The notes beneath the pieces are model-generated. The model did no database searches. It saw only the letters and a list, made by a program, of their open reading frames with translations, and was not told the DNA's origin. 64,000 nucleotides of DNA, from IMG/VR virus record IMGVR_UViG_3300040770_000162; one strand, 5' to 3'. The stretch is from a virus. Of this stretch, positions 10,242 through 21,600 are shown piece by piece. The translations under genes and the position numbers were made by a program. Numbering within the stretch: position 1 is the stretch's first letter; every line of letters begins with the position of its first letter.

Positions 10242-10249
10242 TATCTTTG
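10242..10249 (+). promoter_or_regulatory. -7 box TATCTTTG (Bacteroidota-type promoter)
   Basis: Same extended string AAATTTATTATCTTTGTA as at 2381-2398. Lies 38 nt upstream of the ATG at 10288 and right after a terminator. No clear -33 TTTG. Confidence 0.45.
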
Positions 10250-10287
10250 TAGTATAACAAAGATAAGTTATAAAATAATATATAAAT

Positions 10288-12264
10288 ATGGATAAAAATA
10301 GCAGATTAACACAAATTAATTCAGGAGGATTACATGAAATGAATCCAAACGGAGGTGTAATGATTGGTCAAAACAATAGTGTGGAAGAAGGTGAAACTAT
10401 ATCTAATGATTTTGTTTACAGTAATAGAATAATGTTAGACGCAAACATTGTGTCTCAATATAATTTACCTAAATCTTTAGTTGGTAAATCAATAGCTGAC
10501 GCTACTAAAATGATTGACAGTAAATTTAAAGGTAGAAATGATAAAATTTCACAATCTACAAAAGATTTAATGTTATCTAAAATTGCTGAAGCTCAAGAAG
10601 CGATGAAACCGCAAGAACCTGAAATGGAACAACCACAAGAAGGTATGGAACAAGGTTATCCTCAAGAAATAATAGGTGATGGTCAAATGGCTTTTGGTGG
10701 ATTTAAAAATAGTGTTATAGGTCAAGGTTTTGGTGAAGATGCTACTTCTGAACAAAAATCAGCAGCTTTTGGTGCAGGTTTAAATACGTTAACAAGTACT
10801 TTAGATTTAGGTAGAACAGCTTTTGGAAAACCCATGCAAGATACTCGTGGTTTAGCCGCTTCAGAAGCAGTAAATACAGGTGGTATGATTACTAGTACTG
10901 CTATGAAAGGTGCTAGTGCTGGTTCCGCATTTGGACCACTAGGTGCAGGAATAGGTGCTGGGGTTGGAGCTATTGCTGGATTATTAGGTAGTGGAAAAGC
11001 TAAAAAAGCTGCTATGGAAAATACTAAAAATTTTGCAATGAATTCTAATAAACAATTTGTTGATACTTATGCGATGGGTGGACTAATGGAAGATATTGAT
11101 CCTAAAAAGAAAATTTTAACGTCTAACGCTACAGTAAACAGTTTGTTAAATTCAAAACCTTTAGATAATAACAGTCTTAATTTTGATACTAAAAAAATTG
11201 TTAAATATCAACCTGGTGTAATGAATGATAAAATGGGTTCAGGATTTTATTTATATAGTAAAGAACCTACTGAAGCAGGTTTTGATTACAAACGAGATCG
11301 AGAGTTTGTTAAACAAGCTGAAATGATGGCTGTTCAAAGAACACCTCAATGGCAAGATTATATGACATCTCAATCTTTAAAACCTGCACAATTAGCTAAA
11401 GGTGGTAAATTAAAACCACTTGAATCATTTTTAAAACCAACAACAAATTCTGATTTAAAAATGTCAACTAATGCTGCAAGTATTAATGATTTTAAATCAC
11501 CAGTAATTAATAACTTAAATACAACAAAACCAACATTTGGTCAAGAATTAAAATTATTTGGTAAAGATGCATTGAATACAACTGTTAATGCAATTAAAAA
11601 TGTAGACCTTGGGAATATTGCTAGATACGCACCAATTGCAATGAATGCTTATCAATTGTCAAAATTAGAAAAACCTCAAGGTGAGAGACTAGAACGTTTA
11701 ACAAATAGATATCGTCCTGAATATGTTGATGAAAAATCATTACAAAATATTGCAGATAACACAATGAATAATTCATTGAACGCAATATCTCAATCAGGTG
11801 CTTCTCAAGGACAACTTAGATCATCTTTAATAGGTTCTCAACTACAACGTACTAAAGCGTTATCAGATGCTTATATGAATGCGTCGTCTCAAAATAGAGC
11901 GACTAATGATAGATCACAAACTTTTAATCTAGGTGTAGATCAAGTTAATTTAAATCAATCTAACACTGAAAAAGATATTAATGCTAGAGATCAAGCAGCT
12001 TATCGTAATGAAAAATCTAAATATTTATCTGAAATAGGTAATAATATTGGAGATGTTGGTAAAGAAGAAGTTTATAAAAATATAATTTCTAAAAGTATAG
12101 GTTACAAATGGGATGGAGAATATGTTAAAACATCTAACGGAGATGTAGTTACTGATCCATCTACAGGTAAACCAATGACTCAGGAAAGATTGAAAGAAAT
12201 GCAATCTGCTGGTGGTAGTAAAAAAGCGTTAGGTGGATATTTAATTAAAAATAGAAAAAAATAG
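10288..12264 (+). CDS. virion/ejected protein with glycine-zipper segment
   Basis: 658-aa ORF. Has a Gly/Ala hydrophobic run GPLGAGIGAGVGAIAGLLGSG. First gene of the giant-ORF block. Confidence 0.6.
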   Translation: MDKNSRLTQINSGGLHEMNPNGGVMIGQNNSVEEGETISNDFVYSNRIMLDANIVSQYNLPKSLVGKSIADATKMIDSKFKGRNDKISQSTKDLMLSKIAEAQEAMKPQEPEMEQPQEGMEQGYPQEIIGDGQMAFGGFKNSVIGQGFGEDATSEQKSAAFGAGLNTLTSTLDLGRTAFGKPMQDTRGLAASEAVNTGGMITSTAMKGASAGSAFGPLGAGIGAGVGAIAGLLGSGKAKKAAMENTKNFAMNSNKQFVDTYAMGGLMEDIDPKKKILTSNATVNSLLNSKPLDNNSLNFDTKKIVKYQPGVMNDKMGSGFYLYSKEPTEAGFDYKRDREFVKQAEMMAVQRTPQWQDYMTSQSLKPAQLAKGGKLKPLESFLKPTTNSDLKMSTNAASINDFKSPVINNLNTTKPTFGQELKLFGKDALNTTVNAIKNVDLGNIARYAPIAMNAYQLSKLEKPQGERLERLTNRYRPEYVDEKSLQNIADNTMNNSLNAISQSGASQGQLRSSLIGSQLQRTKALSDAYMNASSQNRATNDRSQTFNLGVDQVNLNQSNTEKDINARDQAAYRNEKSKYLSEIGNNIGDVGKEEVYKNIISKSIGYKWDGEYVKTSNGDVVTDPSTGKPMTQERLKEMQSAGGSKKALGGYLIKNRKK

Positions 12265-12265
12265 T

Positions 12266-14074
12266 ATGGCAAATAGATACGATTCAGGAAGCGTTTCAAA
12301 ATTTAACCCTTTAAGCTTTCAAGAGTTATCTGCAGTTCCTTTAATGCAACGACAAAAACACGATCAACTAATAGCTCAACAAGAAATGTTAAGACAAGGT
12401 TTAGCTAAAGTTGATCCTTTAGATGTTCATATGAATGAAGCGATTAACTTGAAATCCCAAATTGAAAATAAATTGGTATCTCAAGCAGAATTGTTGTCTA
12501 GAGAAGGTGTTAATCCAAATACACAAGGTGATTTTTTAGCTTTAAATAGAGAATATCAAAATATGGTATCACCTACAGGTAAACTTGGTCAAATTAATGC
12601 TGCTAAACAAGTATATGCTAAAAACTTTAATGATTTTGTAGAAGATGCTCAAAAAAATAAAGGTTGGTCTAGGGAAAGAGCTTTAGCTAACTGGGATAGG
12701 TTTTCAAAACAATATACAGGGTTTGATAATGACAATATTACAAGTATTGGTCAATTAGGCGCACCTAAAAAAGTTGAAGTTATGGATGTGCTTAAAGATG
12801 TTAAAAGTTTATTAGGTGAACAAGTTGTAGGTGAAATGAGAGCTTCAGGATTTAATTTTAAACCAGGTCCTGACGGTAGTATGGTTATGGTCGATAGAAG
12901 TGGTAGAAGAATTGAAACTTCAAATAAACCTAACTTACAGGCTGCTCAAAATCTTATTAATCAAAAGTTAATGGGTAGAGAATGGCAAGATTCAATTAAA
13001 TTTGAAGGTGAAAATACTTTAAATGTTTACAATCAACTTAGCTCAGGTATTAATAGTATGTTATCTAATAAAGTTGTAGATAATAGAACTGAAAATGCAC
13101 AATATATTGCAGCTCCTAAACCAGCTAAAGGAGAAACAACTAAAGGGTTATTATTTAATGACGCAATACAAGACCCTACTACTATTAAAAATTTAGATAA
13201 AGATACTGGTGAAATTAATTTTAGTAAAATTGGTAGTAAATTAGGAAGTACTGGCGGCGTTGGTTCTTCATTTACAATGGGTACAAGTGGTGGTTATACT
13301 CCTGAAAAAGCAGGTATACAGACATATAAAGATGTTCTATCACCATTACAACAAAAATTTTATGAAACTGCTGCAAAAAGATTAACTACTTCGGGAAGAC
13401 TTTCTAAAGGTGCGGATTTAAATAATCCTACAAATGCTGAAAAAATTGGATTTTATATGAAAAATTATATGAAGTTTCCAACAGTTGCATCAGATATTAT
13501 TAGAGCAGATGTAGCTATTGATAATAATTTATTTTCAGGTAATTTAGCGTCTAAAGATGCTACTGCAAGAAATAGAACTTTAACACAAGATTTAAGACAA
13601 ACTGAAAATGGTGCACCACTTAGAACAATGATTGACGTAGAAAGCGGTAAAAAAATTAAGTTTGAAACAGGTGATAAAGTAGACTATTTAGGTGTAGAAT
13701 CTCCTATAAATTACAGTAATTACGGTTTTAAAAATAATTTTGAACAATCTACAATGGGTCATCGTGCTCAAATTTTAGATAAAAATGGTAATGTAAAAGC
13801 TAACGTAGTAATTAGTAGAACACCTAATGAAATGAAAGATCCTACATTTAAAAAGATGTATGAAATTAATCAATCTTATAAAACAGGACTTAATAATTTA
13901 GGAGAATGGGTTAAACTTAGTGGTAAATATTCAGGAAGTAAAGAATTATCCAAAACTAAAGTTAAGGTTAATGATGATAATACTTTTCAAATACAGGTTG
14001 ATGGTTATGAAACATCTCCAAAATTAAATAACGAACAGTTTATTCAACAAATGCAATCAATAATGGAATATTAA
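12266..14074 (+). CDS. hypothetical virion protein
   Basis: 602-aa ORF that starts 1 nt after the upstream stop. Confidence 0.6.
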   Translation: MANRYDSGSVSKFNPLSFQELSAVPLMQRQKHDQLIAQQEMLRQGLAKVDPLDVHMNEAINLKSQIENKLVSQAELLSREGVNPNTQGDFLALNREYQNMVSPTGKLGQINAAKQVYAKNFNDFVEDAQKNKGWSRERALANWDRFSKQYTGFDNDNITSIGQLGAPKKVEVMDVLKDVKSLLGEQVVGEMRASGFNFKPGPDGSMVMVDRSGRRIETSNKPNLQAAQNLINQKLMGREWQDSIKFEGENTLNVYNQLSSGINSMLSNKVVDNRTENAQYIAAPKPAKGETTKGLLFNDAIQDPTTIKNLDKDTGEINFSKIGSKLGSTGGVGSSFTMGTSGGYTPEKAGIQTYKDVLSPLQQKFYETAAKRLTTSGRLSKGADLNNPTNAEKIGFYMKNYMKFPTVASDIIRADVAIDNNLFSGNLASKDATARNRTLTQDLRQTENGAPLRTMIDVESGKKIKFETGDKVDYLGVESPINYSNYGFKNNFEQSTMGHRAQILDKNGNVKANVVISRTPNEMKDPTFKKMYEINQSYKTGLNNLGEWVKLSGKYSGSKELSKTKVKVNDDNTFQIQVDGYETSPKLNNEQFIQQMQSIMEY

Positions 14075-14075
14075 A

Positions 14076-17000
14076 ATGATAAACGGAAGAAAAACATACG
14101 ATGATTATTTTAAAGATCGTGATAAAAAAAACGGAACTGTTCAGAATAAACCAAATCCAACATCTGGAATGTTTAGTAGAAATACATCTGGAGTATTAGC
14201 TACTAATACTGATTATGGAAATTCTAAATATGATAAAAATTTAAACTGGGGTGCTGACATAAACCAAAACGATATTAGTGGATCTTTAAATGAATTTAGA
14301 TCTAAAGAACAAGGTATCTGGGATACTGCTGGCGCAGGCTTAGGTAGAATTGGTACTAAAGTAGGTGTTGAACTTGCTAAAACAGGAGCTGCAATTGTAG
14401 GTACACTTGTTGGTTTAGCTGGAAATACTTCAGATTTAATTACAGGTAATGATGATACAGACTTTTTAGAAGTAGCTTTTAATAATGATTTTATTAAAGC
14501 TGCTGAAAAAATACAACAATCTGTAAATGAAGAATTTTTACCAGTATATGTAAGTGATACAGTAACTAATGGAAATTTTTTAGATAAAGTTACAAGTTCT
14601 GAATTTTGGGCAACAGATGGAGCTGATGGTGTAGGGTATTTACTATCTGCTATGGCTCCTGGAGCTGCTTTTAAAGGTCTAGGATTAGGTAACAAAATAT
14701 TTGGTGGTGCTTCAAAATTAACAGCATTGAGATACGGTAAAAATGTTGAAACTGCTAGAAAGTTTTTAACTAAAGCTGGTTTAACAATCGATAAAATTGA
14801 TAGTTTTACAATACCTGCTGTTAATACTTATTTTGAAGCAGGAGCTGAAGCAAAAGGTGCGGGTGATGCAATTGAATCTAGAAAGCCTGAATTTTTAGAT
14901 AATTACAAAATGAATTTTGACCAAAAAAATCCTGAGTTTATTCAAAAAGTTTCTAGTAAAATGGAAGCTTTAGATTTAGATAGACGTTCAGGTGTAATAT
15001 CAGACATAGAATATAATTTGTTAAGTCAAAATATTGGTGAAGAAACAGTTAATGAAATGGCTGAATTTGCATTTAAAGAACAGAAAGGTAGAGCTATGAG
15101 AAATACTTTTCTTACTAATTTAGCTGTATTAGCTGGACCTAATTATATTCAAGCTAAACTACTATATGGTAAAAATCCATCTAAAATAATGTTAGATAAA
15201 ATTACAGGTCAAGCTGTTGAGAAATCTGTTAAGAACACTGCTAAACAAGGATTAAAACGAGTAGGTCAATCATTTTTATCTGAAGGTTCTGAAGAAGTTG
15301 CACAAACATCTACGGAACAAAGAAATGTTAATAACGCTTTAAAAAATAAATTAAGTGAATATGCAATTAATGATATTGACCCGTTTACATTTGGTAAAGA
15401 TTTTATTGAAACATTAAGTACTACAGAAGGTCAAGTTGCTGGGTTTTTAGGAGGTATGTTAGGAGCACCAATATCTATTGTAGGTGGTTATAAACAAGAT
15501 AAAGAAGATAGTGAACGTACAGAAAGATTACGTGCTAAAATTAATGGTCAATCTACTGCGTTAGACGATATTTATAATACTAATCTTTATGAACAAGAAG
15601 AATATGTAAATCCTGAAACTAATGAAACATTATTACGTGATAAAGAAGTTAATGGTAAAAAAGTATTAATACCTGAAAATGTAGCTAAAGTTAAAAAAGC
15701 TTTAGATTTACAAGAAGCTTTATCACAAGTATATGACCAAGCTGTACAAGATGCAGATACTGATATATTAGAATCTCTAAAAAAGCAAGCGGAGTTTAAT
15801 ATTATATCTAATTTTATTGGTGAGGAAGAAGTCACTTTAGATGCTTTAAACGAACATTTAAAAACTATATTTCCAGTAACTGAAAAAATGGAAGATGGTT
15901 CAGAACTATCCCAAGAACAAGTTAAACAAAATACAGAGAATAAAGATAGAATTAGTAATGTAATTACTAAAGCTAAAGTATTACAAAAAGATTTGTTATC
16001 TTTTAAAGATATGTCACAATCTCTTATTAGATTAAATAATAAAAATGCTACACCTAAACAAATTGAAGAATTTTTAAATGGTGTTGGAAATGCATTTTTA
16101 TCTGAAAGAGCTGAAGAATTTGATGTAAAACAAAAGCTAGCTAAACTTGAAAAAGATCGTGCTGAATTAATGAAAGATTTACCTTTGGAAAGTAAAGGAT
16201 TTTTTAAATCAAATTCTCAAACTTTAGAAGATTCTGAAAAATTAGCTAAAGTTAAAGAATCTAAAGTTAATGAAAATGGTTTTGCATTTTTAACTGACAA
16301 TGAAATTTATAAAAATAACCCAAGATTAAATTTTATTAATAAACAGATTGAGACAGCTAAAAATCAATTAGAAGAATATAATAAAACTACTAATGAGTTA
16401 ATTTGGAATAATGAATTTCTTAATAAACAATTTGATGCTAAAATCAAAGAAGATTCTGAAGTTAAAGAAGCGTTAAGTGAAGAAAATGTAGCTAAAAATG
16501 ATGAAGCTATTGTTAAAGTAAAAGAAGCTACTACAGTTGAAGAAGTTGAAGCTATTGAAAAAACTACAAAGAATCCAGTAGTTAAAGAAAGAGCTGCTAT
16601 TAAAAAAGCTGAAATTATTGAAGCTGAAAAATCTAAATCTGAACAAAAAATAGCTACTGCTACACAAGAAGATAATGACTTTAATAATCCAACAAATTAT
16701 GATGATTTAACAAGTACAGAAGGTTCAACTACTTCAGATGAACTTACACCTAAAGATAACGATAATAATTCAACAGAAGAACTTAAAAGTATTCAAAACA
16801 CTGAAGTAGATAATGGTAAGGGTGTTAGAGTAATAAGTACAAATAGTGAAACAGGTGAAAAGTTTAGTTTTGTATCTGAAGAATATTTAAGTTATGAAAG
16901 AAAACCTGTTGATAAAACAGGTAATGAAGTTAAATTTGAAATTAATCAAAATCCTGGTACAAATCCAAAAGTACTTGAAGCATTAGAAGCTTTTAATAAA

Positions 17001-18665
17001 AAAGACTTTTCTAATCCCAAATTATTAATAGATTATTTACCTATTAATATAAAATTTAATAAAGATATTAGTGCTCCAATTGATACACGAAAAATAACTG
17101 GTAAAATTAGTTCTTCTACTGAACTATTAAGAACAGAATTAATTAATAATTTAATTAATGGTGTAGATATTAAAAACATGTTTACAACTATTCAGGGTCA
17201 ATATAAGGGTCTGTTAAAAGTTGATGATAATAGATTAGCTAATAACAATATTCTTCAATTAGACGGTGTTAAAGACTTAAAATATGTCCGTGAAAATTTA
17301 CACGTAGTAAATTCTTTTGGTAAATTACAGAATGTTTTAACTGGTAAAACTTTAGATTTTAACGATGGTAAAGTTAAAGAAAATGCTAAAGGTGAAATTT
17401 ATTTAATGATTCCACAAGCTAACGGCACACCATTTCCTTTAAAGCTAAACATTAAAAAAATTAATGAAGCTGAAGCATCTTTACTTTATTATATTTATAG
17501 AGAAATCATAACTAATGATAAAGCTTTAAATACTACAGTTTCAGAAATTAGTAATGATTTAAAAGAGGCTATACAAACTAGTTTTAAAGCTGAATTAGAT
17601 ATTATTGGTGGTAATAAAAATGATATTAAATTGCAAGAAATTATAGATTTATTAATATATCAATCTGATAATGTTAAATCTAAAATGCAAATTAATAATG
17701 GTGTTTTATATTTTGGTGAAAATGAATCGACAATAGATACTATTGATAACGATATGAATAGTATTATTGAATACTTAGTTAATAGTAAAAGGCATCAAAT
17801 TAAAATTGATAAAAAATTTGATACCGATAATACTAAAACTAATTTAAAATCTAATTCTGCTGATTATCTTAAATATTTAATTGACAATTTAATATTATCT
17901 ACTAATGCTGTTGTTAATGAACCAACATTTCAAGGTTTTACTAATATTTATTTAAATACTAGTGTTGCTGTTTCTAATCAAATTAAAGCTGTTCAAACAA
18001 CTACTATTACTAAAACTAACGAAGAGAAAATTGTTGAATTAAGAGCTGAAGAACAAGTTAAGAAAGCTGAGATTGAAAAAAGAAGAGAAACTTCGTTATT
18101 TGAAGGACGTTCAAGATTACAAAGAGAAAACTTTAATGAATATTTTAATGAAGTAAATTCACAGTACGATGCTGAACAGAAACAACTTTATGATGAATAT
18201 GATAAGTTAATATCACCTTTATTAAATAAAAATACTAAAGTTTCAGAATCAGGGATTGAAGCTAATTCTGATAATTTTGAAGGTTTAGATTTTAATAAAC
18301 AACCTCAAACAACTACTGTTCAATTTCAACCTGTTGTATCAGAACAAGGTGTTGAAGTTAATGTAGAAGATACTGGTTTAAATAGTTTATTTGAAAATAA
18401 TTCAGAAAATGTTAGGAATTCTCAAGAAAGTTTTGTACCTTTGTCAGAAATACAAGGTACTATGGAAAATACAGAGTTAAAAGAAACTCAAACTGAAGTT
18501 TTTAAAGAAGTTACAAATATTCCTTCAGCTACAGAAATGAGATTGTTAAATAAAGCTGCGACTATTTTTAAAAATAATCCTGAAAATTTAACAGATTCTC
18601 AAAGAAAAAGACTTGAAGAAGCTGCGGTAAAATATCCAGAAACGTATAAAAAATTATGTAAATAA
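14076..18665 (+). CDS. giant virion/ejected protein
   Basis: 1529-aa ORF with an N-terminal Gly/Ala hydrophobic segment and long acidic coiled-coil-like stretches. Directly precedes the RNAP gene. Confidence 0.65.
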   Translation: MINGRKTYDDYFKDRDKKNGTVQNKPNPTSGMFSRNTSGVLATNTDYGNSKYDKNLNWGADINQNDISGSLNEFRSKEQGIWDTAGAGLGRIGTKVGVELAKTGAAIVGTLVGLAGNTSDLITGNDDTDFLEVAFNNDFIKAAEKIQQSVNEEFLPVYVSDTVTNGNFLDKVTSSEFWATDGADGVGYLLSAMAPGAAFKGLGLGNKIFGGASKLTALRYGKNVETARKFLTKAGLTIDKIDSFTIPAVNTYFEAGAEAKGAGDAIESRKPEFLDNYKMNFDQKNPEFIQKVSSKMEALDLDRRSGVISDIEYNLLSQNIGEETVNEMAEFAFKEQKGRAMRNTFLTNLAVLAGPNYIQAKLLYGKNPSKIMLDKITGQAVEKSVKNTAKQGLKRVGQSFLSEGSEEVAQTSTEQRNVNNALKNKLSEYAINDIDPFTFGKDFIETLSTTEGQVAGFLGGMLGAPISIVGGYKQDKEDSERTERLRAKINGQSTALDDIYNTNLYEQEEYVNPETNETLLRDKEVNGKKVLIPENVAKVKKALDLQEALSQVYDQAVQDADTDILESLKKQAEFNIISNFIGEEEVTLDALNEHLKTIFPVTEKMEDGSELSQEQVKQNTENKDRISNVITKAKVLQKDLLSFKDMSQSLIRLNNKNATPKQIEEFLNGVGNAFLSERAEEFDVKQKLAKLEKDRAELMKDLPLESKGFFKSNSQTLEDSEKLAKVKESKVNENGFAFLTDNEIYKNNPRLNFINKQIETAKNQLEEYNKTTNELIWNNEFLNKQFDAKIKEDSEVKEALSEENVAKNDEAIVKVKEATTVEEVEAIEKTTKNPVVKERAAIKKAEIIEAEKSKSEQKIATATQEDNDFNNPTNYDDLTSTEGSTTSDELTPKDNDNNSTEELKSIQNTEVDNGKGVRVISTNSETGEKFSFVSEEYLSYERKPVDKTGNEVKFEINQNPGTNPKVLEALEAFNKKDFSNPKLLIDYLPINIKFNKDISAPIDTRKITGKISSSTELLRTELINNLINGVDIKNMFTTIQGQYKGLLKVDDNRLANNNILQLDGVKDLKYVRENLHVVNSFGKLQNVLTGKTLDFNDGKVKENAKGEIYLMIPQANGTPFPLKLNIKKINEAEASLLYYIYREIITNDKALNTTVSEISNDLKEAIQTSFKAELDIIGGNKNDIKLQEIIDLLIYQSDNVKSKMQINNGVLYFGENESTIDTIDNDMNSIIEYLVNSKRHQIKIDKKFDTDNTKTNLKSNSADYLKYLIDNLILSTNAVVNEPTFQGFTNIYLNTSVAVSNQIKAVQTTTITKTNEEKIVELRAEEQVKKAEIEKRRETSLFEGRSRLQRENFNEYFNEVNSQYDAEQKQLYDEYDKLISPLLNKNTKVSESGIEANSDNFEGLDFNKQPQTTTVQFQPVVSEQGVEVNVEDTGLNSLFENNSENVRNSQESFVPLSEIQGTMENTELKETQTEVFKEVTNIPSATEMRLLNKAATIFKNNPENLTDSQRKRLEEAAVKYPETYKKLCK

Positions 18666-18666
18666 T

Positions 18667-21600
18667 ATGAGTAAAGAATGTGGATTTATAGTAAACGGTC
18701 AAAAATCACCGTTATATAATAAAATACTAGAAGGTTATAATGGAAATGAAGAGTTATCAATAATTCTTCATTCCCGTTTAAAAAGTGATGAACAATTTAT
18801 AAACGATTTTGGTGATTGGGTAAATGACTACGGTAAAGAACCTTCACAACAATCTGTAAATTATGAATATCAACCTGGTATTTTAAGAGTTGAAGAAAAT
18901 GGTGAACCTAAACTTTTTAAAAATGAAAAGAATGGTAATTACTATTACATAGACAAAGATTTAAACAAAGTTGAAATTATTGAAAATCAAACGTCTTTAA
19001 GTTCGTTATTTGATAATTCACAAATTGAGAGACTTACTGATGTTTTAGTTTATGATTTTTTTAAAAATAATTTAAATATTAATTTTGAAGAAATAGATTT
19101 AACTGGTAATTATACTTCAATTAGAGATCGTATTACTATTAAATTAAATGAAAGAATTAATACGTTTAATAAAAGTGGTAATGAAAATTTTGAAGTGACT
19201 GCAGAGTTGTTGGAAATTGCATTAGAAGAAAATTTAGATGAGTTAGTTAAAAATGTAACTAATGCTTTAGAATCGTATAAAATTAAATCTTCTAAAGCTT
19301 TTAACGATAATGATGAAGATACTGATTTAGCTGATACTGAAGATAATGAAAATTCTAGAGATGTTAGTTTTGGTAAAGCATCTTTTGAAATGTCAACTAA
19401 AGGTAATGTTTCAGCAAATGTTAAACTAAGATTATCATTAATTACAAATACATCATTTAAAGACACTTTTTTAAATGATAGTACATATCTAACTTTTGAT
19501 GAAGTTTATGCTTCTTTACTACCTTATTTGACTAATCAAGTATCTGTTATTAAAGATGATAAACAAGAAGATAAGTTTGAAATTTATAAATCTATAATTT
19601 TACAACTTCAAAATAAAAAACCTTATTTTGCAGAACTTTATCAATTGTTAAGTCAACCTACAATATCTGAAAATATTAAAAATGAATTTGTTCAAGCTTT
19701 TAGTTTAGACATAAACAACTTTAATACTTCAGAATACAGTTTTGAAGAATCTAAAGATGAAAAAACTTGGACTAAGTTAGAAGATGGTAAAATAGTTAAA
19801 CCATTTGTTAAAAGCTTTAAAACTATGAATATCTCTGAAACTGGTAAAAAAGAGACAGATGTATTTAATGAATGGAATAAAAATTTTAAAGAAAAGTTTG
19901 TAACTGAAGGTAAACAAGGTTTATTAATATCACAGGAAAATAAAGATAAACTATCTTTAGTAAAATCAAATTTAAATAAATTAAAGTATTCAGAACCTGA
20001 TGTAGTTAATAAAATAATTACAGAATTAAGAAACTTGGGTATTGAAACTACTATTAAAGGTTTTAATCACTTTTTAGATGACTTTAAGTTAATTAATAAC
20101 GATAATGAAATATCTAATAAAAAGTTTAATAAATTAATATCTGATTTAAATTATTTAGTAGATAGAATTAATACTAATGTAAATAAGAATTTTAATAGTA
20201 TATTATCAGATCAACCTATAACTAAACAATTAGCTAAAGCCGAATCTTTTTACATATCAGAAGGTTCTGATGCGTCTGTATTTACAGCAGGTAAACAAAA
20301 GTGGGTTTATTCATATCCGTCATATTTATCTAATACTATTAAATCTTGGAAAAAAGATAGAAATATTTTATCAAAACATTATGAAATATCTAAATACAAT
20401 TTAGGTTCAGATTGGATGCAATATTTACTAGCGTTAGGTGACACATATCAAGTTGATGAATTTGAAAGTGATGACGTTCAAGAAGCTTTAAGAATTGAAG
20501 AATCCAAAAAACGTATAGACGCTTTGGATTTATATACATTTAATACTTATCAATTGGAAGGTGATTCTAGAAATGGTAAAGACGGTAAAACAATTTCTAA
20601 AGAAGAATATATTTCTGATACAATTAATAAAGTATTAGGTTTTACTAAAAATGTTCAATCATACTACAGAACTACTACTCCTGCGGATAAAGGTACACAA
20701 TACGAAATAGCAATTGGTAGAAGCATTACAACTAACGCTAGATATGGTGACGGTAACCGTGATATTGTAATTGATGACAAAGCTGTAGATATTGTATTTA
20801 AATATTTTGATGCTGAATATCAACGTATGAAATTTGAACGTGAGTTTAAAAATGATGCTAAAAATGCAGATAAATTAAGAGTTTATTATCATTTAGGTGC
20901 GGGTCACGCTTTTAAATCACAATTGTTTCCAGCATTAAATTATGATAAAATTAAGGATACTTTAAAAGATTCAAATTTAGATTTTAAAGATATTTATAAT
21001 GAAAAAGGTGAAGCATATTTAAGTACTCTTAGAAATTCAATATTTGAAGATGCTATTAAAACTTACATTGTAAATGAACTATCTAATGGTATTCAAGAAA
21101 CTCTAGATAATTTAATTAAGACTAAAATATTTGAAGAAAATAGCGATGGAATTGCAAATAGAGAATTAGATAATGATATATGGAATTCTTATGGTACAAA
21201 TAATGCTTTAAAAGCCTCTGCAGATTTTTATATTAATTCTTTAATATCACATGTTGAATATTCTAAAATGTTTTCAGGTGATATTGCTTACTATAAAAAT
21301 GCAGTAGATTATAAAAAACGTGTACCAGCAACATACACTGATGGTTTATATCAAAGACTTGATGAAGAAAATAAAGATGTAAATATCGCAGTAATTGAAA
21401 GTGTTGAAATAAATGAACCATTTTTACCTGAATTAACAGAATTGTTAGGTGAAGACCTAGCTAATAAATATATTAGTGTAAATGCTGCAGATGCTCAGGC
21501 TTGGATTACACCTGCTAGATGGAAAATTCTAATGTCATCTATTGGAAAATGGAATGATACTTACGAATCAGCTTATCAAAAATTAATTGGTGAAAATACT

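Noticed and set aside
14213-14695. 160-aa minus-strand ORF inside the 1529-aa gene
   Set aside because: It is antisense to a long, well-supported ORF. It arises in the Gly/Ala-rich (GC-richer) segment, where the reverse frame lacks stops. Its low-complexity Pro/Ala/Ser composition is typical of a shadow ORF.
19110-19466. 118-aa minus-strand ORF inside RNAP exon 1. This also applies to the other antisense ORFs in the plus-strand module: 968-1195, 5105-5311, 7977-8192, 10573-10755, 15587-15835, 16473-16667, 24516-24770 and 30606-30848.
   Set aside because: All are fully embedded antisense in long coding ORFs of a strictly co-oriented module. They are Leu/Ser/Phe-rich and have no start context or motifs.
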